Below, one piece after another: positions 29,612-36,526 of a stretch of 36,526 nucleotides of DNA (position 1 is its first letter; the number at the start of each line of letters is the position of its first letter). The stretch spans positions 1 through 36,526 of the forward strand of contig DAHWNL010000062.1 in NCBI GenBank assembly GCA_027339965.1, written 5' to 3'. Made by a program: the position numbers and the translations under genes. The notes under the pieces were generated by a model. The model ran no database searches and had not been told where the DNA came from. It saw only the letters and a program-made list of their open reading frames with translations. The DNA comes from Granulicella sp. (GTDB taxonomy: Bacteria; Acidobacteriota; Terriglobia; Terriglobales; Acidobacteriaceae).

Positions 29612-30379
29612 CTATCTGCCTAATGGGAGGGTGGGGTTCGGTTGAGAGGTGGAGGTTTCCGGTTGGGGCGCAATCACGTTGGCGCCGATCCGGTCCGGGT
29701 GGAGAGCAAAGAGGCGGCCGTCGGGCTCCACCACGAGCGCGTGCTGGATGTGTGGGACCAGACGGTGCGAGGCGGCCAGACGGATGTTCCAGTGAGCGAT
29801 GGCCTCGGTGAGCGCAAAGGGCAGGGCATCCGGCGAGATCGGACGCGAGGCGAAGAGCCACAGGTTGTAGTTAGCCTGGGACTGTTCCGTGCTGTGAGCG
29901 TTGGGATTCCAGTTGACCGCTGCGAAGACCGCGAGCGGATGGGGCGTGCCGAGATCGATCCAGAGCAGGCCGGAGGCGGCACAGAAGTGGGGGACGCAGC
30001 CATCGATGGCGATATAGCGGTTGTCCGCCGCTGTGACCTGGCCGTGCTGGGTGAGGAAGAGCGGAATGACGGTGGCCAGGGGTTCCTGCGAGCCAGGCGG
30101 TCCCCACATAGATTGGGGCTGGGGAAAGGCGCTCTGCAGAAAGGCCTGGAAGCGGGCATCGACGCGCAGGTTGGCAGCCTCGCCCAGGGGCTCCGGACGG
30201 GTGTACTGCCACAGCCACTGAAGCGCTCCGGAGGAGTTCTCAGCGGGACGAAGTCTCTGCTGCTGCGCGGGGTTGCGGGGCGGAGGCGCGATCAGCTTGT
30301 CCGAGCTGGTAATTTGCGCCAGCGTCCGGGTCGCCGGAAGAACCAGCAGGGCAGCGGCGATAGAAAAGATGAAGCGCAT
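29612..30379 (-). CDS. Secreted hypothetical protein with CxPHxC (Ivy-like) motif
   Basis: Sec signal MRFIFSIAAALLVLPATRTLA|Q; the only two Cys lie in YIAIDGCVPHFCAASGLLWID; ends 9 bp before leuC. The ORF is well supported, the function is inferred. Confidence 0.8.
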   Translation of the reverse strand: MRFIFSIAAALLVLPATRTLAQITSSDKLIAPPPRNPAQQQRLRPAENSSGALQWLWQYTRPEPLGEAANLRVDARFQAFLQSAFPQPQSMWGPPGSQEPLATVIPLFLTQHGQVTAADNRYIAIDGCVPHFCAASGLLWIDLGTPHPLAVFAAVNWNPNAHSTEQSQANYNLWLFASRPISPDALPFALTEAIAHWNIRLAASHRLVPHIQHALVVEPDGRLFALHPDRIGANVIAPQPETSTSQPNPTLPLGR

Positions 30380-30539
30380 AGGAAGAAGGTCGAATCGGAT
30401 CCCCGGCGGCGGGCTCTAGGGGAGATCTGCAACGGTCCCGGAAGCGGCAACCAGAATGAGGGCAGAGACACAGCGTTTAAGAGAAAGCGTTCAAGAGACG
30501 CCGCTTGTAAGCCGCGGCGTCCCCGCAAGGGGTGCAGCG

Positions 30540-31637
30540 TCAGACGGCGTGCAGCGACTGGCTACGATCAATGGATTCAGCCAGAGCTGCGTGGACCAGC
30601 TTGCCCATCTGCTGGGTGCTGACGGCGGCTTTGCGGCCTGCGATGTCGGCAGTGCGGTGACCGGCGGTGAGCACCTGCTGGACTGCGGCTTCGACCGCGG
30701 CAGCCTCCTGTTCCAGGCCCGCGGAGTGGCGCAGAACCATGGCCGCGGTCAGGATGGCGCCCAGGGGATTGGCTTTGCCCATGCCCGCGATATCGGGCGC
30801 GCTGCCGTGAACCGGTTCATAGAGATTGATGCGTCCGCCGATGGTGGCCGAGGGCAGCATGCCCAGGGAGCCGGTGATGATGCCGCTCTCGTCGGAGAGA
30901 ATGTCGCCGAAGAGGTTCTCGGTGAGGACCACGTCAAAGTTCCGGGGCACGTTCATCAGGTGCATGGCCATCGAGTCCACCAACTGATGTTCAACGGTGA
31001 TCTCCGGGTACTCCGGTTTGAGCGAATCCACCGTGGCGCGCCAGAGCTGGGAGCACTCGAGGACGTTGGCCTTGTCTACCGAGGTGAGCTTCTTGCGCCG
31101 CCTGGCGGCCAGGTCAAAGGCGATGCGGGCGACACGAACCACCTCGTCGCGGGTGTAACGCATCGTGTTGACAGCCTCGCCGGTCTCCTTGTTCCAGAAG
31201 CGCGGCTGGCTGAAGTAAAGTCCACCGAGAAGCTCGCGTACGAAGAGGATGTCCACGCCCTGGGTGACATTGGAGCGTAGCGGAGAATTTTCCGCCAGGG
31301 CGGGGTAGGCGACTGCCGGCCGCAGGTTGGCGAAACCGCCCAGGATCTGGCGAATCTGTAGCAGGCCAGACTCAGGCCGCTTGTCCGGCGTGAGGTGGTT
31401 GAACTTGTTGTCCCCCACCGCGCCCAGCAGTACGGCCTCGGAGTCCAAGGCGGTGTCAATGGTCTCCTGGGGCAGGGGTGTGCCCTTGGCGGTGATCGCG
31501 ACGCCGCCCAGAAGGGCTTCGCTGAAGGTAAACTCATGGCCGCCGGCCTCAGCTACGGCCTGCAGGATGTTGACGGCTTCCCGGGTGACTTCGGGGCCGA
31601 TGCCGTCACCCGCCAGAACTGCGATTTTAAGCTTCAT
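30540..31637 (-). CDS. leuB: 3-isopropylmalate dehydrogenase
   Basis: GDGIGPEV, FANLRP, RELLGGLYF, SVDKANVL, NLFGDILSDE and YEPVHGSAPDIAG motifs. Confidence 0.98.
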   Translation of the reverse strand: MKLKIAVLAGDGIGPEVTREAVNILQAVAEAGGHEFTFSEALLGGVAITAKGTPLPQETIDTALDSEAVLLGAVGDNKFNHLTPDKRPESGLLQIRQILGGFANLRPAVAYPALAENSPLRSNVTQGVDILFVRELLGGLYFSQPRFWNKETGEAVNTMRYTRDEVVRVARIAFDLAARRRKKLTSVDKANVLECSQLWRATVDSLKPEYPEITVEHQLVDSMAMHLMNVPRNFDVVLTENLFGDILSDESGIITGSLGMLPSATIGGRINLYEPVHGSAPDIAGMGKANPLGAILTAAMVLRHSAGLEQEAAAVEAAVQQVLTAGHRTADIAGRKAAVSTQQMGKLVHAALAESIDRSQSLHAV

Positions 31638-31815
31638 GCGTGATCGATCCGTTCAGAGAGGATTTAAGTGCTTCGAGCCAGACGACGAGGCTGGCAGCGG
31701 CGCGGGGCGGGCTGAGCCTCCTCGACCGCAGACTGCGGAGAGGGTTGGAGACCTTCTCCTGCTGAAGCCCGCCTTTGCTGTGGCCGGCGCGCAGCCGGTC
31801 AGCAGCGGGAGCAGG

Positions 31816-33012
31816 TCAGGGGACGTTGGTGACCAGTTCTTCACCGGCTGAAGCTTGCAGCAACGCGATGATGTCCTGGTCGTAGATGTTCTTCTTGCGG
31901 TCAGCCAGTTCAATGAAACGCTCGTAGATTCCTTCGATCTCCTGCGGAGCCAGCTTGTGTCCCATCTCGCTGAGACGGTGCTCGAGGGCGCGGCGGCCGC
32001 TGTGTTTGCCCAGCACGATGTTCTGTCCGGTGAAACCGACCGAAGCAGGGGTCATGATTTCGTAGGTGAGGGGGTTGGAGAGGACGCCATGCTGGTGAAT
32101 CCCCGACTCGTGAGCGAAGGCGTTCTTGCCTACAACAGCCTTGTTGGGTGGGGCCCCGAAGCTAATGATCTCGCCCAGCATGCGTGAGGTCGGGTAGAGC
32201 TGATTCATGGTGATGTTGGTCTTGAAAGGGTAACGGTCGTGACGGGTGGCGATGGCCGCAACAATCTCCTCGAGGGCGGCGTTGCCGGCACGCTCCCCAA
32301 TGCCGTTGATGGTGCACTCCACCTGGCGGGCCCCTCCTTCCAATCCGGCCAGGGAGTTGGCCACGGCCAGGCCAAGATCATCGTGGCAGTGGGTGGAGAA
32401 GATGATTCGATCGCCCTCCGGAACCCGCCGGCGGACGGTCTCAAAGAGCTGCTTGTACTCGGCCGGGGTGGTGTAGCCGACTGTGTCTGGAATGTTGATG
32501 GTGGTGGCTCCGGCCTGGATGGCGACGGTGATCATCTGAATCAGAAATTCAAGGTCGGAGCGCGTGCCATCCTCGGTGGAGAACTCAACGTCATCGGCAA
32601 AGGCGCGGGCCAGACGCACCGCCGTGCCCACGTTATCCAAAGCCTGGGCTCGGGTGATGCGCAGTTTAGCCTCCAGATGCAGGTCCGAGCTGGCCAGGAA
32701 GACGTGAATGCGATTCTTGCGGGCGTGTTGAACGGCGCGCGCCGCGGCCTCAATATCTTCCCGCCGGCAGCGAGCCAGAGACGCGATGCGGGGCGCTGCG
32801 TCGGTTCCGCCGACCTCGCGCGCGATGGCTTGCACCGAGTGGAAGTCTCCGTGCGAGGCGATGGCGAAGCCGGCTTCCATGATGTCCACGCCAAGAGAGG
32901 CCAACTGATGGGCAAAGCGTAGCTTCTCCGCATGGTGCATCGTGCATCCCGGGGACTGCTCGCCGTCGCGCAAGGTGGTGTCGAAGATCAAGATCTGAGT
33001 TTCGGTCGGCAT
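31816..33012 (-). CDS. leuA: 2-isopropylmalate synthase, short form lacking C-terminal regulatory domain
   Basis: FDTTLRDGEQSPG, PDTVGY, HCHDDLGLA, GERAGN, HESGIHQHG and LGKHSGR motifs; ends at 398 aa. Confidence 0.95.
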   Translation of the reverse strand: MPTETQILIFDTTLRDGEQSPGCTMHHAEKLRFAHQLASLGVDIMEAGFAIASHGDFHSVQAIAREVGGTDAAPRIASLARCRREDIEAAARAVQHARKNRIHVFLASSDLHLEAKLRITRAQALDNVGTAVRLARAFADDVEFSTEDGTRSDLEFLIQMITVAIQAGATTINIPDTVGYTTPAEYKQLFETVRRRVPEGDRIIFSTHCHDDLGLAVANSLAGLEGGARQVECTINGIGERAGNAALEEIVAAIATRHDRYPFKTNITMNQLYPTSRMLGEIISFGAPPNKAVVGKNAFAHESGIHQHGVLSNPLTYEIMTPASVGFTGQNIVLGKHSGRRALEHRLSEMGHKLAPQEIEGIYERFIELADRKKNIYDQDIIALLQASAGEELVTNVP

Positions 33013-33044
33013 AGGAGAGAGAGGCCTTTCCTGCTAGACAGAAT

Positions 33045-33098
33045 CATAAAGTACTCTTATGCTGGCAGCTAGATATATTAATCATTCTAATATATCTA
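33045..33098. promoter_or_regulatory. Tandem LysR-type (T-N11-A) binding sites between leuA and lysR
   Basis: Perfect 11-bp inverted repeat TAGATATATTA-N7-TAATATATCTA (33070-33098) and CATAA-N7-TTATG (33045-33061); both contain T-N11-A. Confidence 0.75.
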
Positions 33099-33132
33099 TC
33101 GCGATCGCTGACATCTGCTGGAGCCGAAACGC

Positions 33133-34050
33133 GTGGATCTGTTTCAACTTGAGACCTTGTTGGCGGTAGCCGAGGAGAGGAGCTTCTCCCGGGCGGCGGC
33201 TCGTCTGCACCGGACCCAGTCGGCGGTGAGCCAGGTGGTTGCCAAACTGGAGGCGGAGTTGGGAGAGACCCTGCTGGAGCGAGCCGGAGGCCAGCCGACC
33301 GATGCGGGCAAGGTGCTGCTGGAGTACGCGCAGAGGATGCTGAATCTGCGCAAGGACGCAGGCGCGGCGCTGGTGGACCTGCGCTCACTGCATCAGGGCC
33401 GGCTGGATCTGGCTGCCAATGAGTACACCTGTCTGTATCTGTTGCCGGTGCTGGATGCCTTTCGCCGCAAGCATCCTCGGATCAAGGTGGCGGTGCAGCG
33501 GACGCTGGGCAGCCGGATCGCCGATGAGGTCCAGTTGCGCACGGTGGAGATCGGCGTGGTGAGCTTCCGTCCGGCGGATCCGCAGGTGATGTCGACTGTG
33601 GTCTATCGCGACGAGCTGATGTGTGTTGTCGCCCCCGGGCATGCCCTGGCCAGGGCGGGTAAGGCGGCTTTGAACCGCTTGGGGAAAGAGACGTTTGTGG
33701 CCCATAATGTGCCGTCGCCGCTGCGCCAGAGGGTGATTGAGACCTTTCAACGGCGCAAGATTCCTCTCCAGATGGAGGTGGAGCTGCCTTCTCTGGAGGC
33801 GATCAAGCGATTCGTCCAGCGTGGCAATGGGGTGGCGATGGTGCCGCGCTTGACGGTGGAGGGTGAGCTGGAGGCTGGAACGCTGGTGGCCGTGGAGGTC
33901 CCCGAGCTGCAGATCGAGCGCAAGTTGCGCCTGGTTCATCGCCGCGGAGCGGCGCTATCGCACGCCGCCAGGGAGTTTCTGGGCGTGGTCCGGACCCACG
34001 CGCTGGAGCACGGTGACCCTTTCTGTTTCGTGATGGAAGGCAGGGGGTAG
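33133..34050 (+). CDS. LysR-family transcriptional regulator
   Basis: MDLFQLETLLAVAEERSFSRAAARLHRTQSAVSQ..KLEAELGETLLER HTH plus a substrate-binding domain; divergent from leuA. Confidence 0.96.
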   Translation: MDLFQLETLLAVAEERSFSRAAARLHRTQSAVSQVVAKLEAELGETLLERAGGQPTDAGKVLLEYAQRMLNLRKDAGAALVDLRSLHQGRLDLAANEYTCLYLLPVLDAFRRKHPRIKVAVQRTLGSRIADEVQLRTVEIGVVSFRPADPQVMSTVVYRDELMCVVAPGHALARAGKAALNRLGKETFVAHNVPSPLRQRVIETFQRRKIPLQMEVELPSLEAIKRFVQRGNGVAMVPRLTVEGELEAGTLVAVEVPELQIERKLRLVHRRGAALSHAAREFLGVVRTHALEHGDPFCFVMEGRG

Positions 34051-34449
34051 CGGCGGGCCGCCCGGGATGAGCTTGCCGCGCAGTCTTGGCATGGGACAAG
34101 CGGGTGGATGAGCCTGGCTTGACCTTCCCGGGCTTGGCCTTTCCGCGTCCGCCGGGCTCGTCCCGCGCTCTGCAGCCGATGCGGCGGACAAGGCGCGGAT
34201 GCGGGTCACATCGAAAAGCTGGAGAAGGACGGAAAAAAGTGAGCCGGGGGGCGCATGGCGCGATACCGGGATGCGTCCTGAAACGTCTATCCAGAGATTC
34301 CAACAGGGACGAAGGTCGGGAATCGAGGTGGCGCGCAGGATGGCGTCCGATGCAGGTACAATTAGGAGAAAAGCACGCCGCGTTTACCGGCTGGATGATC
34401 GCAGAGATGGCCTGGCTGGCGGTGAGCATGCGAAGGGATTTCGTCAAGC

Positions 34450-35061
34450 ATGAAGAAGATGATGTTGCTAGGTGCATTGGTGGGTTTATGCACAGCCGCT
34501 GTGGGGCACGCGCAGGAGAGCCGGCAGGACGCCAGCATTAGCTTGTTCGGGGTATACGCCCCCGCGGTCTATGGTCTGGATATTCACCCCATGACCACCA
34601 CTTCCACCGGGGGCATCCTGGCCAGCTACCGCTATATGATGACGCCGCGCAGCGAGGTGGAGCTGAACTATTCCTACTTTCAGAACTCGCTGAAGTACTT
34701 TGCGATCGCCGAGCCCAACACCCGGTCGCAGGTGCGCGCAGAAGAGGCTAGCGCTGCCTACGTCTACACGCGCAGCTACAAGCGCTATAACCCGTTTATC
34801 GATGCCGGTATCGGCGCAGAGTTCTATATTCCGATTCTGAACTATGAGACCACCAATCTGGATTTCAAGATGAGCGTGCAGCCCGGCTTCATCTTTGGTG
34901 GCGGACTGGCCTATGAGCTGAGTCCGAGCTGGGATATTCGCGTGGAGTATCGCGCCTTCGCCCAACGCACGCCAACGCTGGGAAATCCAGCCGGACTGAC
35001 CCAGACGAACCGTTACTATGTACTCATGACTCCGGCCTTGGGTGTGGCCTACCACTTCTAG
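34450..35061 (+). CDS. Small outer-membrane beta-barrel protein
   Basis: Signal peptide (..GHA|QES), amphipathic aromatic strands (YNPFIDAGIG, FGGGLAYEL, IRVEYR) and C-terminal GVAYHF BAM signal. Confidence 0.85.
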   Translation: MKKMMLLGALVGLCTAAVGHAQESRQDASISLFGVYAPAVYGLDIHPMTTTSTGGILASYRYMMTPRSEVELNYSYFQNSLKYFAIAEPNTRSQVRAEEASAAYVYTRSYKRYNPFIDAGIGAEFYIPILNYETTNLDFKMSVQPGFIFGGGLAYELSPSWDIRVEYRAFAQRTPTLGNPAGLTQTNRYYVLMTPALGVAYHF

Positions 35062-35115
35062 CCTGTTCTACTGCTCTTCTCCGCTGTGGACCTTTCGTAG
35101 CTCTACACAAGGTCT

Positions 35116-35151
35116 ATAGGCCGCACCAAGGTGCGGCCTATGGCCATTTTT
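35116..35151 (+). terminator. Probable terminator after beta-barrel gene
   Basis: ATAGGCCGCAC-caag-GTGCGGCCTAT 11-bp stem with a T run a few bases later. Confidence 0.55.
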
Positions 35152-35634
35152 GGGCTTCAGGCCACGAAGGGCAGCCGCAGACTCTCGTTCCGGGCGGATG
35201 CGCGATGGCATTCCGGCTCCGCGCTGTTGGGGCAGGAGCCGAACCGACAGATCCCAGAGCCAGCAGGGCGGATCGGTGAAGATGGTTGGAGGTCGGCAAG
35301 AGGCCCACGGCGAAGGGTTCGGCACCACCCGGCCAGCTTAGCGATTTGCGCGAAGCTGGACCGATTTTTCTGTAGCCGGCGATAGGGGAGCAGCTTCATC
35401 TGCCGATCATGCCGACAGGGTGAGAGTCTCTTCGCCAGAGTTGAAGCCAGCGCGCCGGGGAAGCAGCTTCCAGCATCTTCCGAGCGGTTGATGTTGCTGC
35501 GCGGGACATTCCGCAGCGTCTTGCATCCACGCGTCCGCGAAACGGCCATGGAAGTTGGAGGCTGGAGAGAGGGAGCCTGAAGTTGAGATCCCGTTCTCCC
35601 TGCGCAAGGAAGATGCTCTCCAGGGAGAATCCGG

Positions 35635-36237
35635 CTATTGGATGACGTTTCCACCGGTGAAGTGGTACGCGATGCCCGCCTCATACAGGATGGGCGTTAG
35701 GCCGTGGGGGAGATAGATGTCCGTGCCTGGGCCTCCGCTGTTCGGCGGGCCCTTGATCCCACCGGTGAACCAGTTCTGGTACTCCATACCCAGCCGGATG
35801 CTCAAGCGCGAGGAGATCTCGGTATCCACACCGGCGCCAAAACCCAGCCAGTTATAGCCCAGGCTGGTCTTGCCCTGATAGAACTGGGCTATCGAATCAA
35901 ACGTGCCTCGGCCGGCCAGGCCATTGAGGTATGGGTTGTAGCGGCCATAGGTGCGGTGGTATCGAGCGCCATAACCGATCGACCATTCTTTGGCTGGGGA
36001 GTGCTGAAGGATGTTGATGGAGTGGAAGTCCACAGTGGCTCCCCAGTGAGGGGTGAAGTCAAAGGTGCCGAAGAGTCCGTAGCCCAGGGCGTCCTGAGGT
36101 GTGTAGTCCGGATAGCCGAAGGTGAACGTGCCTCCGGCCTGCAAATCCACCAAGCGAGTTGCGCCGGGCATGTTCTGACCCAGAGCCAACGAAGAGCACA
36201 CGATCCATATAGCCAGAGCGATGACTGTACGTTTCAA
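35635..36237 (-). CDS. Small outer-membrane beta-barrel protein
   Basis: TTG start with GGAGG SD, signal peptide, YNPYLNGLAG, FGAGVD, IRLGMEYQNW, and GIAYHF near the C-terminus. Confidence 0.85.
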   Translation of the reverse strand: MKRTVIALAIWIVCSSLALGQNMPGATRLVDLQAGGTFTFGYPDYTPQDALGYGLFGTFDFTPHWGATVDFHSINILQHSPAKEWSIGYGARYHRTYGRYNPYLNGLAGRGTFDSIAQFYQGKTSLGYNWLGFGAGVDTEISSRLSIRLGMEYQNWFTGGIKGPPNSGGPGTDIYLPHGLTPILYEAGIAYHFTGGNVIQ

Positions 36238-36381
36238 TGGATGGCCTCCATCGGCCGGAGTTTAGGGATCTTCTGCGCGTTCAGTTTAGATGAAGATTAA
36301 CAGGAAATTCTAGTCATATGTGATGAAATTCTAATAATACAAGTAGTTTCGAAGGTACCTGGGAAGCTCTCCAAGGCCTAA

Positions 36382-36526
36382 GAGTCTGTTTGCGATCTAT
36401 GGTTTCGATGTGGCACAGGAATCTGAGAAGCCATATGCGTTGGCTTCTCCGGGGCGGTAATCAAGAAGGATGGAACGGAGAAAAGCTTACGCAAGCGACA
36501 TCAGCGGGGAGCAATTCGAATCGGTT
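36382..36526 (+). mobile_element. IS5-family insertion sequence, left end (truncated by window edge)
   Basis: TAA followed by GAGTCTGTTTGCGATC (IS1031/IS427-like end), then a transposase start. Confidence 0.7.
36470..36526 (+). CDS. IS5-family transposase N-terminus (partial)
   Basis: MERRKAYASDISGEQFESV matches the IS5 'RKxYPSD(I/L)SxxQ(F/W)' N-terminus; only 19 codons are visible. Confidence 0.7.
   Translation, partial: MERRKAYASDISGEQFESV

Noticed and set aside
1..36526. CRISPR arrays, tRNA/rRNA genes, prophage, integrase, or recognisable defence systems
   Set aside because: No regularly spaced repeats, cloverleaf or rRNA signatures, or matching protein motifs were seen by eye.

Overview
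GC-rich bacterial chromosomal segment, most likely from an Acidobacterium (inferred from gene style: futalosine-pathway mqnA, IclR/sugar-binding-domain regulator, multiheme cytochrome c, small beta-barrels ending in YHF). Both ends run into insertion-sequence ends: an IS630-type transposase start on the left and an IS5-type start on the right, so the window probably corresponds to a contig broken at repeats. In order, it contains a frameshifted 7-heme cytochrome c gene, a nitroreductase, a regulator divergent from rhaT, then rnj, a small membrane protein, recX, a DUF429-like nuclease-fold gene, mqnA, dprA-topA and DUF427. Next come an eroded GH27 alpha-galactosidase remnant that the ORF track misses, a Tat-signal YidJ-like sulfatase and an MDR oxidoreductase. 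A branched-chain amino acid operon (leuA-leuB-X-leuC-leuD-ilvD-[ilvB stub]-Y-ilvB-ilvN-ilvC) lies divergent from a LysR gene, and two convergent outer-membrane beta-barrel genes follow. The most notable signals are two non-metabolic genes inside the leu-ilv operon. Y is an acyltransferase-3 gene bracketed by a 79-bp direct repeat of the ilvB 5' end, which leaves a 36-codon ilvB stub. X is a secreted protein with an Ivy-like CxPHxC motif. LeuA also lacks its regulatory domain and has paired LysR boxes upstream. All family assignments come from motif recognition, not database searches.
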